Origin: Macrostomum lignano
Lineage: Eukaryota
NCBI GenBank assembly: GCA_002269645.1
Contig: NIVC01000945.1
Coordinates: forward strand, 1 to 64,000
Reading direction: 5' to 3'
DNA length: 64,000 nt
Shown piece by piece: positions 47,101-64,000 of the stretch. The notes under the pieces are model-generated. The model did not search any database, had not been told where the DNA came from, and saw nothing but the letters and a program-made list of their open reading frames with translations. Positions within the stretch are counted from its first letter, which is position 1. Each line of letters starts with the position of its first letter. A program made the translations under genes and the position numbers.

Positions 47101-50100
47101 CAAACCGAACATAGAATCATCAATCCGAACACAGAATCGTCAAACCGAACACACACACAGAATCATGAAACCGAACACAGAATCATCAAACCGAACACAG
47201 AATCATCAAACCGAACACAGAATCATCAAACCGAACACAGAATCGTCAAACCGAACACACACACAGAATCATGAAACCGAACACAGAATCATCAAACCGA
47301 ACACAGGATCATCAAACCGAACACCGAATCATCAAACTGAACACAGAATCATGAAACCGAACACAGAATCATCAAACCGAACACAGGATCATCAAACCCA
47401 ACACAGAATCATCAAACCGAACATAGAATCATCAAACCGAACATAGAATCATCAAACCGAACATAGAATCATCAAACCGAACATAGAATCATCAAACCGA
47501 ACACAGAATCATCAAACCCAACACAGAATCATCAAACCGAACATAGAATCATCAAACCGAACACAGAATCATCAAACCCAACACAGAATCATCAAACCGA
47601 ACATAGAATCATCAAACAGAACACAGAATCATCAAACCGAACACAGAATCATCAAACCGAACATAGAATCATCAAACCGAACACAGAATCATCAAATCGA
47701 ACACAGAATCATCAAATCGAACATAGAACCATCAAACCGAACACAGAATCATCAAACCGAACACAGGATCATCAAACCGAACACAGAATCATCAAACCGA
47801 ACACAGAATCATCAAACCGAACATAGAATCATCAAACCGAACACAGAATCGTCAAACCGAACACAGAATCATCAAACAGAACACAGAATCATCAAACCGA
47901 ACATAGAATCATCAAACCGAACACAGAATCATCAAATCGAACATAGAACCATCAAACCGAACACAGAATCATCAAACCGAACACAGGATCATCAAACCGA
48001 ACACAGAATCATCAAACCGAACACAGAATCATCAAACCGAACATAGAATCATCAAACCGAACACAGAATCGTCAAACCGAACACAGAATCGTCAAACCGA
48101 ACACACACACAGAATCATCAAACCGAACACAGAATCATGAAACCGAACACAGAATCATGAAACCGAACACAGGATCATCAAACCGAACATAGAATCATCA
48201 ATCCGAACACAGAATCGTCAAACCGAACACACACACAGAATCATGAAACCGAACACAGAATCATCAAACCGAACACAGAATCATCAAACCGAACACAGAA
48301 TCATCAAACCGAACACAGAATCGTCAAACCGAACACACACACAGAATCATGAAACCGAACACAGAATCATCAAACCGAACACAGGATCATCAAACCGAAC
48401 ACCGAATCATCAAACCGAACACAGAATCATGAAACCGAACACAAAATCATCAAACCGAACATAGAATCATCAAACCGAACACAGAATCGTCAAACCGAAC
48501 ACAGAATCGTCAAACCGAACACACACACAGAATCATCAAACCGAACACAGAATCATGAAACCGAACACAGAATCATCAAACCGAACACAGGATCATCAAA
48601 CCGAATACACACAGAATCATCAAACTGAAAACAGAATCATGAAACCGAACGCAGAATCATGAAACCGAACACAGGATCATCAAACCGAACATAGAATCAT
48701 CAAACCGAACACAGAATCGTCAAACCGAACACACACACAGAATCATGAAACCGAACACAGAATCATCAAACCGAACACAGAATCATCAAACCGAACACAG
48801 AATCATCAAACCGAACACAGAATCGTCAAACCGAACACACACACAGAATCATGAAACCGAACACAGAATCATCAAACCGAACACAGGATCATCAAACCGA
48901 ACACAGAATCATCAAACCGAACACAGGATCATCAAACCGAACACAGAATCATCAAACCGAACACAGAATCATCAAACCAACACAGGATCATCAAACCGAA
49001 CACAGAATCATCAAACCGAACACAGGATCATCAAACCGAACACAGGATCATCAAACCGAACACAGGATCATCAAACCGAACACAGGATCATCAAACCGAA
49101 CATAGAATCATCAAAGCGAACATAGAATCATCAAACCGAACATAGAATCATCAAACCGAACACAGAATCATCAAACCGAACACAGAATCATCAAACCGAA
49201 CATAGAATCATCAAACCGAACACAGAATCGTCAAACCGAACACAGAATCGTCAAAACGAACACAGGATCATCAAACCGAACACAGGATTATCAAACCGAA
49301 CACAGAATCATCAAACCGAACACAGAATCATCAAACCGAACACAGGATTATCAAACCGAACACAGAATCATCAAACCGAACACAGAATCATCAAACCGAA
49401 CATAGAATCATCAAACCGAACACAGAATCGTCAAACCGAACACAGAATCGTCAAACCGAACACACACACAGAATCATCAAACCGAACACAGAATCATGAA
49501 ACCGAACACAGAATCATCAAACCGAACACAGGATCATCAAACCGAATACACACAGAATCATCAAACTGAAAACAGAATCATGAAACCGAACACAGAATCA
49601 TAAAACCGAACACAGGATCATCAAACCGAACATAGAATCATCAAACCGAACACAGGATCATCAAACCGAACACCGAATCATCAAACCGAACACAGAATCA
49701 TGAAACCGAACACAGAATCATCAAACAGAACACAGAATCATCAAACCGAACACAGAATCATCAAACCGAACACAGAATCATCAAACAGAACACAGAATCA
49801 TCAAACCGAACATAGAATCATCAAACCGAACACAGAATCATCAAATCGAACATAGAACCATCAAACCGAACACAGAATCATCAAACCGAACACAGGATCA
49901 TCAAACCGAACACAGAATCATCAAACCGAACACAGAATCATCAAACCGAACATAGAATCATCAAACCGAACACAGAATCGTCAAACCGAACACAGAATCG
50001 TCAAACCGAACACACACACAGAATCATCAAACCGAACACAGAATCATGAAACCGAACACAGAATCATGAAACCGAACACAGGATCATCAAACCGAACATA

Positions 50101-52575
50101 GAATCATCAATCCGAACACAGAATCGTCAAACCGAACACACACACAGAATCATGAAACCGAACACAGAATCATCAAACCGAACACAGAATCATCAAACCG
50201 AACACAGAATCATCAAACCGAACACAGAATCGTCAAACCGAACACACACACAGAATCATGAAACCGAACACAGAATCATCAAACCGAACACAGGATCATC
50301 AAACCGAACACCGAATCATCAAACCGAACACAGAATCATGAAACCGAACACAGAATCATCAAACCGAACACAGGATCATCAAACCCAACACAGAATCATC
50401 AAACCGAACATAGAATCATCAAACCGAACATAGAATCATCAAACCGAACATAGAATCATCAAACCGAACATAGAATCATCAAACCGAACACAGAATCATC
50501 AAACCCAACACAGAATCATCAAACCGAACATAGAATCATTAAACCGAACACAGAATCATCAAACCCAACACAGAATCATCAAACCGAACATAGAATCATC
50601 AAACAGAACACAGAATCATCAAACCGAACACAGAATCATCAAACCGAACATAGAATCATCAAACCGAACACAGAATCATCAAATCGAACACAGAATCATC
50701 AAATCGAACATAGAACCATCAAACCGAACACAGAATCATCAAACCGAACACAGGATCATCAAACCGAACACAGAATCATCAAACCGAACACAGAATCATC
50801 AAACCGAACATAGAATCATCAAACCGAACACAGAATCGTCAAACCGAACACAGAATCGTCAAACCGAACACACACACAGAATCATCAAACCGAACACAGA
50901 ATCATGAAACCGAACACAGAATCATCAAACCGAACACAGGATCATCAAACCGAATACACACAGAATCATCAAACTGAAAACAGAATCATGAAACCGAACG
51001 CAGAATCATGAAACCGAACACAGGATCATCAAACCGAACATAGAATCATCAAACCGAACACAGAATCGTCAAACCGAACACACACACAGAATCATGAAAC
51101 CGAACACAGAATCATCAAACCGAACACAGAATCATCAAACCGAACACAGAATCATCAAACCGAACACAGAATCGTCAAACCGAACACACACACAGAATCA
51201 TGAAACCGAACACAGAATCATCAAACCGAACACAGGATCATCAAACCGAACACAGAATCATCAAACCGAACACAGGATCATCAAACCGAACACAGAATCA
51301 TCAAACCGAACACAGAATCATCAAACCAAACACAGGATCATCAAACCGAACACAGAATCATCAAACCGAACACAGGATCATCAAACCGAACACAGGATCA
51401 TCAAACCGAACACAGGATCATCAAACCGAACACAGGATCATCAAACCGAACATAGAATCATCAAAGCGAACATAGAATCATCAAACCGAACACAGAATCA
51501 TCAAACCGAACATAGAATCATCAAACCGAACACAGAATCGTCAAACCGAACACAGAATCGTCAAAACGAACACAGGATCATCAAACCGAACACAGGATTA
51601 TCAAACCGAACACAGAATCATCAAACCGAACACAGAATCATCAAACCGAACATAGAATCATCAAACCGAACACAGAATCATGAAACCGAACACAGAATCA
51701 TCAAACCGAACACAGGATCATCAAACCGAATACACACAGAATCATCAAACTGAAAACAGAATCATGAAACCGAACACAGAATCATAAAACCGAACACAGG
51801 ATCATCAAACCGAACATAGAATCATCAAACCGAACACAGAATCGTCAAACCGAACACACACACAGAATCATGAAACCGAACACAGAATCATCAAACCGAA
51901 CACAGAATCATCAAACCGAACACAGAATCATCAAACCGAACACAGAATCATCAAACCGAACACAGAATCATCAAACCGAACACAGAATCATCAAACCGAA
52001 CACAGAATCGTCAAACCGAACACACACACAGAATCATGAAACCGAACACAGAATCATCAAACCGAACACAGGATCATCAAACCGAACACAGAATCATCAA
52101 ACCGAACACAGGATCATCAAACCGAACACAGAATCATCAAACCGAACACAGAATCATCAAACCAAACACAGGATCATCAAACCGAACACAGAATCATCAA
52201 ACCGAACACAGGATCATCAAACCGAACACAGGATCATCAAACCGAACACAGGATCATCAAACCGAACACAGGATCATCAAACCGAACACAGAATCATGAA
52301 ACCGAACACAGAATCATGAAACCGAACACAGGATCATCAAACCGAATACACACAGAATCATCAAACTGAAAACAGAATCATGAAACCGAACACAGGATCA
52401 TCAAACCGAACACAGAATCATGAAACCGAACACAGAATCATGAAACCGAACACAGGATCATCAAACCGAATACACACAGAATCATCAAACTGAAAACAGA
52501 ATCATGAAACCGAACACAGAATCATCAAACTGAAAACAGAATCATGAAACCGAACACAGGATCATCAAACAGAAT
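38106..52575 (+). repeat. 14.4-kb satellite array of the 20-mer AAACCGAACACAGAATCATC (about 720 units) with multi-kb higher-order repeats
   Basis: Continuous 20-nt period. Rare marker variants recur at offsets of about 4140, 2930, 2350 and 5277 bp. Confidence 0.99.
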
Positions 52576-53464
52576 AGTTTTCAATTAGACCGGGCATTAG
52601 CCGATGGGTATAAATTATAAAAGTAAAATTGTCAGAAATGCAAGTGGAAGCTACAAAGGTGAGAATTAGGCAATAAAGCCGGTCATAAATAATTAGATTT
52701 TAAACTTTGTAGGCGATTGAAATTTGTTGCTCTGTTGTAAAATTTCTCATCAATAGCCAGAACTCATGACCAAAATGCGTGTGAAGAAATAAATTCTGGT
52801 CGCAGAGAGAGATACGATTTGATTCCGTGTGTGCAAGCAAGTAGCCATGTTCGTCGCCTGCTCCGCAGATGGCCAAGCCGCAAGCAGGTTTTCTATTAAA
52901 AGTCAGGACTGCGACTTATTACGCAACAACTGTCATGATACCGCGGGCCAAGCGTAGGATTTATCCTTTAAGGCTTGGCAGGCGAAGGCAATGCTATTAA
53001 GATTCCAGCACTAGATAGGCATCATCTCTTGCTGCTGATTTAATGTATATACATATACAAATAAATACGTTACTTAAGGCTATGGAAATCCCATGTTTTG
53101 AAGCATTGTGTGCATAGACGGGATTAAGAGGCAAGTTTTGGGATTTCTATTATCAGTTTTTGGGATCAATGACGAGTGGTATCAAATTTTATTTAGACAG
53201 GCGTTTCGCATTTATCAGAACAGAAACAAGAAGTGGAGACTGCGCTCGCTGATGAGAGGAGCTGAGGAAGGCAGATAGTTATATCAAGATCAGACGGCAT
53301 GTGATGCCATGCCAGCAATATCAACAACAGAACCATGCAGAAGTCAAGCTTATGAATGATGACTGATTAAAGCTTAAAAATATTGCAAGAAAATCTCAGG
53401 TCAGGGCAAAGCACCAGCGGCTATAGGGACTCTTCTAAATTCCAGTGATTGGGTGAATCTTAGA

Positions 53465-53750
53465 TCTGTTTAAAGGCGATTCTTAAGATTGTTTAAAGGC
53501 GATTCTTAACATTGTTTAAAGGCGATTCTTAAGATTGTTTAAAGGCGATTCTTAAGATTGTTTAAAGACGATTTTTGAGACTGCTTAAGGGCACTTTTTG
53601 AGACTGTTTTAAGGCGATTCTTAGGACTGTTTAAAGGCGATTCTTAGGACTGTTCAAAAAGCGATTTTTAGTACAGTTTAAAAGCGATTCAGAGGGATGT
53701 TTAAGGGGATTTATAAAAGTGTTTATAAGTGATTCTTAGGACTATTTTAG
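53465..53750. repeat. ~22-bp repeat GTTTAAAGGCGATTCTTAAGATT-like
   Basis: About 12 imperfect units with a GGCGATT core. Confidence 0.88.
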
Positions 53751-53954
53751 CACTGTTCAGAAAGGAGAAAATCTGAAGCTAAGAAATATGCAAACAATTG
53801 ACAAACTATAATGCATAATGTAATATTTAGAAATAAAAACAAACAACAAACACATGTTTACATTGTTTAGACTTTAGTAAAACTCTATTGTTATATTTAA
53901 GTTACCGACAGAATAGGATAGTAGCAGGGGCACTATCAATTTAATGTGTGTGTT

Positions 53955-53960
53955 TTTATT
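53955..53960 (-). terminator. Probable polyadenylation signal of NDUFB2
   Basis: AATAAA on the minus strand about 185 nt after the NDUFB2 stop. Confidence 0.4.
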
Positions 53961-54141
53961 TCAATTCCACGAAACTTATCGCGTAAGTAACTACTAACAG
54001 TGGTACAAGTGGTTGCTGATTTTATAATAGCTACTGTCACTAAATATTTGCTATGTTAGAAGTCTATATATTACAGATCTACCTTGCCTTGGAAACAAAT
54101 CAGTCTACAGAAGTGTTAAAATTGTTGCCAATTCGCAACAC

Positions 54142-54447
54142 TCAAGCCGGCGGGATGCCGAGCTCAGCGTCCGTCCACTTGCGCGGATTTGGGTAGTCTG
54201 GATGGCCGATCACGTATTGCGGGTAGTGATAAGTGTGATAGAGTACGTAGAACCACATAAAAGCGCCGAAGCCTTCCATCATGCTCATCTGAGATCGCGT
54301 GACCGATCCGGGATGTCGATAATAAAAGCCAAGTTCCTCAGAGTTGCCCCGAGGCAGTTTAGCGGTGGAAGCGCGACGCCTAAGGGTCATAGCTAGGGCA
54401 GATTTCAGTGTGCCATTGTTAAGCAGGCGAGTTGGCAGGGCTAGCAT
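54142..54447 (-). CDS. NDUFB2: NADH dehydrogenase (ubiquinone) 1 beta subcomplex subunit 2 (AGGG), intronless, about 101 aa
   Basis: Basic transit-peptide-like N-terminus; FYYR; MWFYVLYH...P..V.GH.DYPNPRKWTDAELGIPP matches the NDUFB2 C-terminal signature. First ATG at 54447 (the track starts at an upstream TTG). Confidence 0.92.
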   Translation of the reverse strand: MLALPTRLLNNGTLKSALAMTLRRRASTAKLPRGNSEELGFYYRHPGSVTRSQMSMMEGFGAFMWFYVLYHTYHYPQYVIGHPDYPNPRKWTDAELGIPPA

Positions 54448-54969
54448 GCTTGCAAATTGGGCCTTGGCCAAAGTGAAGTGTTGCGCATGAAGAAATACAC
54501 GATTTTGATAATTAATGACTTCTTGAATGAAGCCTGGGAGTTATACACACTCGGTCCCTCATAGTCTACTTACAATTACAACCGGCCACTTCTAGTTTAC
54601 TCATTTGTCTAATTTTTAATTACAATACCAGTTAGTTCGACTTTAAATGCTTACAAACTGTCACATTTAACAATACATCAGATAGACTACATATGAATTG
54701 AAAACCTATATGTCATTTGATGCGAGTAGCAGGCATGTAAATGTTTTGTTAAGCAATTTTTCTGCTTTTTATCAATTATCATGAGGAACAAATGCAAAAA
54801 TACTGCAAGAAAAACAGCACAGTTGAATTCAAAGAATCAAAGGTTAGGTTTGCTTGTTTTTGCATTTGGGGAAAGATTGCATAATGCCATGGCCACTAGT
54901 GGGCACCCTGTTACAATGCCTGGACAACATTGTTCTGCAACCATTTCACTGTTTCCAAAGATATAAATA

Positions 54970-56770
54970 ATCTAACTAGTCCCTACTACAGTAAAAAGGT
55001 TAAAGGTATTGTTATAGGTGTTTTTTTATTAAAAAATGCCCCTAATGCCACCAATTTACAGGTCCAATTCCTATCCCAAAGCTGATACTAAGTTATTATA
55101 AGGGTGTAGGAACATAGCCTTTTACTTTAATTTTATTCCCCTTTTGTTATTAAATTGCTTATTAACTAAATAGAATATGCTATCATCAGTATACTTAATC
55201 CTTAGTAGCTTCAATGCCTAAGTAGCAAGTAATAATAATAATAGCTTGTAATTAATTATATCTGCCCTTATGGGCAAATGTGCAACCAATAGCTTAGCTA
55301 AGGCTATTGTGTGGTACATACCAGGTATAAAGGTTATATATAGTTGTTTAGTCTAAGGACTAGGGGGGGGGGGTCAATACATATAACTTCAATTACTAAT
55401 GCTAGAACTAATTTTATAGCTAGGTAAACTGAAGCAATGCAAAGTTAAGAAAGTATCTTAAGTTCAAGGAAACAAATTGCTCCTATAGGATCAAGAATCA
55501 CCCCCCCCCAACCTTCAAGTTTAAGTCCAATACTGTAACCATTAGGCTATTACCCTTTACCTAAGTGATAAAACACTGTTGAATATTGATTTTAAGTTCC
55601 AAAATGGTGTCATTAATGATGAAGAGGTTTAGAACTTCTTTTGTAGATTAATTTAGTTTATTACAACTTATATATACTTTTATTGGTAGCATTTATACTT
55701 TTACTGGTAGCATATATACTTTTATTGGTAGCATATGTACTTTTACTATTAGCATATATACTTTTAGCCTAAGCGGTCGAATGGCACTATATTTCTAATT
55801 CTATATATACTATACAATATATCCCCCAGTTTTTATCCTATAGAAGGGTTTGTCTTAGGCCTAGTCTGGGCATTATTGGGATCAGAGGGTCATAGCTTTC
55901 TTGCTGGGTATTTGGCCCTAAGGTGGGTTTCTTAGACTCTAAGTCTAGATTTCTCTACCCTGTGGTAGTATTTTTGCCTTCTAAAGGCAAATTCTCAGAT
56001 TCTAAATCTGGATATCTTGTTCTTTGAGAATGGATTAAATTCTCCTAGTCTTGGGGTTTCTAGTGCTTCTAAATAACTAAGTCAGTAAGTATTGATCAAG
56101 CTTCAATTCAAGATGCTAGAATAGATAATCAGCCTAAAGCAAGTGGCGAGTTGTTTTTCTTCTACTAATAGCTTATTTATTTATACTCCTTTTTAGCAAG
56201 TTTTAAAACAAATAATATTTTGTAATATTTATAATATTTACAATAATACTACTAATATTAGGCCTATACTTAAAAAAACAAAATAGCCTAATTTCAAATG
56301 TGATACTTTCTAGAAAAATAACAAAGCCGATTTCATATATTGATCTATATTTAAAATCTTAGAACTTAAATTAGAATGTTTATAAATTATAATTATGTTT
56401 GTCATAGGGGCTCATTATAATATTTTTAATTGTTAAATCATTTTTTTTTTAATTTATAGGTCTAATAAAATTTTGCTTAATAATAAATAATTTATTTAAT
56501 TTTATAAAGTTTAATTTACAAAAATACAATAGCTACAGCTTAGGCCTACAACTAAAACTATCATTACTACTATAAAATATAAGACTAAAAATAAAAGTTA
56601 GGAGCCTTATATAGGCAGTATATGCTTATGTAATTTTAATTTATATAGGTAGGCTAGGCCTAATACTTATTTAAGTTATAAGTAGGCCCCTATTTAAGTC
56701 AAATCTTAAGTCAGACCCCCTATTTTTTCGGAAAAAAAGTGCCTTCAAAATTTTCTAAGAAACACGGTTT
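54970..56770. other. AT-rich, strongly CpG-depleted, TpA-rich segment; probably a decayed transposon remnant
   Basis: Only 4 CG dinucleotides counted in 54961-56700. Sharp return to CpG-normal sequence after about 56725. No intact ORF. Confidence 0.5.
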
Positions 56771-57782
56771 CCCGTCCTACTTAAGTCGTCCTTGCTACGA
56801 GCATCATTTATGCATGCCGCTATAACATCCCTATCGGCTATCGCACAGAAATCCTAGATCTAAGTAGAAACTAGACCAGAGTAAGCCTAAGTCAGACGGC
56901 TTGTGCACTGACTAGCGGCTGAGCCGTTGAGCCACTGTGAGCACTTGTGCGGAGTTGTGCAGTGCTAGAATAAAAAGGCCTAACAGTAAAAGTGTACACT
57001 ATTGCAAAATTTCATTTGTATAACCCATGGAATTTAGCTAGTTGGCATTCCCTTGACCTTAGTGTACTTCATTTATTGGGTAAACTATACCAAGCAACAG
57101 GCCAAGATAGGCCAAGCAACAATATAGATCCAGGTTAGACCCAATAGCTAGCCTAACTCACTAACTGTTGCAGTCACTGAAAAAATTGGAGAAGCTGCTT
57201 TAAATTACTACTGAAGAGTGGATAGCTGCCATTTCTGCAACTTTTGACTAATAGTTTTGTTTTAATCTCCGTATTTACATTTCCAAATTTTAATTTTTTA
57301 ACTTTTGCGGCGCCGGCTCTTTTGAGCGCGCGCGCTGCTGCTGCTTATTATTATCTATCGCCATCGATTGATTGCATGCACACAGCTTTAGTTTATTAAA
57401 GTGTATCTACGATATTTGTTAGATAGATCAATAAAGCCCTCAAAATTGTTGCATAAAAGCACTGTAATAAGCTTTTCAATGAAATTGCTTCGGTTTGGTC
57501 TAATGTCGTTTTACTTTTAGCCTTAGGCTTTGTCTTGTAACAGTAGGCCTAATATGAATTAGTTTAGAAATTTCTGGTTTAGTACCGTTTAGTTAATCTT
57601 TTTTAACGAGAAATCGTCCCAGACTCCAGAGCTAGTTCTAAAAACTTATATAACTATTGCATTTGTAGTTCTTTCCCATCATTTGTCACTTCAAATACAA
57701 AGAATTTGATTTAAGTTTTTAGACAGACTAGACTAGGCCTACTGTCTGCCTACAGCCTACAGGCTTTAGCTGAAAGTAAAAA

Positions 57783-62224
<4,442 letters not shown>

Positions 62225-62239
62225 TGAAGTACATTATCT

Positions 62240-62880
62240 AAATGGAAATCTTTCCATTTAGAGTGGGAAGTGGAAAGAAAGATGAGTGGTCCATTTTTCA
62301 GAGTGGGAAGTTCTAGAAATGGGAATCTTTCAGAGTGGGAAGTTCTAGGAATGGGAATCTTTCAGAATGGGAAGTTCTAGGAATGGGAATCTTTCAGAGT
62401 GGTAAGTTCTAGGAATGGGAATCTTTCAGAATGGGAAGTTCTAGGAATGGAAATCTTTCAGAGTGGGAAGTTCTAGGAATTGGAATCTTTCAGAGTGGTA
62501 AGTTCTAGGAATGGGAATCTTTCAGAATGGGAAGTTCTAGGAATGGAAATCTTTCAGAGTGGGAAGTTCTAGGAATGGGAATCTTTCAGAATGGGAAGTT
62601 CTAGGAATGGGAATCTTTCAGAGTGGTAAGTTCTAGGAATGGGAATCTTTCAGAATGGTAAGTTCTAGGAATGGGAATCTTTCAGAGTGGGAAGTTTTAG
62701 GAATGGAAATCTTTCAGAGTGGGAAGTTCTAGGAATGGAAATCTTTCAGAGTGGGAAGTTCTAGGAATGGAAATCTTTCAGAGTGGGAAGTTTTATGAAT
62801 AGAAATCTCAAAGAATAGGAAGTTTTAGGAATGGGAATATTTAGGAGAGGAAATTTTAAGGAATCTAAAATTTATTAGGA
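62240..62880. repeat. 32-bp minisatellite CAGAGTGGGAAGTTCTAGGAATGGGAATCTTT in S6K intron 2
   Basis: About 16 regular units starting shortly after the splice donor. Confidence 0.96.
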
Positions 62881-63394
62881 CTCTAGGGATGTGACGTATC
62901 AAGCTAAGTCTTGTGGGAAGTTCTGGGAAGTCTTGTGGGAAGTGTGGGAAGAGATTCAGGCCTTTATTAATAGTATTTTTGCAAATATTTGTATTCGAAG
63001 TAGTTTATTTTATATTTAGAAATAAGAAAACGAGACTCGATCAATTGAGGCGCGATGAGGTTGTCATGCACGCGCGCTACGAGTCTGTGCCAAATTTAGG
63101 ATTGGCATCTGTCTCTCTGGGAGAAACTTTGAGTAGGCGGTTGCTAAATATAGCGATTCCCTACTCTATTGCTCTAAAAACTTTGGGAAGGGTTCTGGCT
63201 GTCTAAAAATAGTCCCGGATACTATTCCAGAGTCCAGAGGATTAGATTCTGAGCTGTGTCCTCAGCATCTAAAACAGCTCTGGATTCACACTCTATATCA
63301 GAACATTTTGCTGTCAGGCAATTCTCTTTTGTCCGAGTATTTATCGCCATATGCCTATGATAAATGGCCCATGAAATCGAAACTTTCTTAAGAA

Positions 63395-64000
63395 TCGCCC
63401 ACTGACATCTTCCTAAGAATCGCTCACTGATATCTCTAATAATCGCCCACTGACATCTCCATAAGAATCGCCCACTGACATCTCCCTAAGAATCGCTCAC
63501 TGATATCTCTAATAATCGCCCACTGACATCTCCCTAAGAATCGCCCACTGACATTTCCATAAGAATCGCCCACTGACATCTCCCTAAGAATCGCCCACTG
63601 ACATCCCCCTAAGAATCCCCCACTAACATCTCTAAGAATCGCCCACTGACATCTCTAAGAATCGCCCACTAACATCTCTAAGAATCGCCCACTAACATCT
63701 CTAAGAATCGCCCACTAACATCTCTAAGAATCCCCACTAACATCTCTAAGAATCGCCCACTGACATCTCTAAGAATCGCCCACTGACATCTCCATAAGAA
63801 TCGCCCACTGACATCTCTAAGAATCGCCCACTGACATCTCTAAGAATCGCCCACTGACATCTCTAAGAATCGCCCACTGACATCCCTAAGAATCGCCCAC
63901 TGAAATCTCCCTAAGAATCGCCCACTAACATCCCTAAGAATCGCCCACTGAAATCTCCATAAGAATCGCCCACTGACATCCCTAAGAATCGCCCACTGAA
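63395..64000. repeat. 22-24-bp minisatellite TAAGAATCGCCCACTGACATCTC, running off the right edge
   Basis: About 26 units; the reverse complement carries GGGCGATTCTTA. Confidence 0.96.

Noticed and set aside
38805-52319. Dozens of ORFs of the [20 protein letters not shown] type
   Set aside because: Translations of a 20-nt satellite that lacks stops on the plus strand; no unique sequence.
56690-56770. pogo/Tc1-like terminal sequence at the edge of the CpG-depleted block
   Set aside because: No convincing partner inverted repeat near 54950; kept only as weak support for a transposon origin.
62913-63206. 97-aa ORF as the next S6K exon
   Set aside because: Lacks the expected H(V/I)KLTDFG continuation; intronic.

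Overview
Animal genomic DNA, roughly half of it tandem repeat. The gene set, mini-introns and density of 12-36 bp minisatellites suggest a free-living flatworm such as Macrostomum; this is an inference and not checked. Five genes are recognisable. TMEM135 is present as its first two coding exons (minus strand, running off the left edge). An intronless Frizzled-4-like receptor lies at 6124-8091 (minus). A six-exon FDXACB1 (BMT5-like/DUF2431 domain plus FDX-ACB domain) spans 31800-38075 (minus). An intronless NDUFB2 lies at 54142-54447 (minus). The 5' part of a p70 S6 kinase runs from 57783 to beyond 62207 (plus). TMEM135 and FDXACB1 carry four small deletion-type frameshifts, either long-read consensus errors or decay. 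FDXACB1 exon 1 has no in-frame ATG but begins at a phase-0 acceptor, which would fit a flatworm spliced-leader AUG. It lies downstream of a 14.4 kb 20-mer satellite with higher-order structure, and the same satellite recurs inverted inside intron 4. Also present are about 25 other tandem arrays (many sharing a GGCG core), a hAT-type MITE with an 8-bp TSD, a foldback element nested in a dispersed repeat, and a CpG-depleted domain with a decayed ORF around NDUFB2/S6K. No prokaryotic features, CRISPR arrays or RNA genes could be supported.
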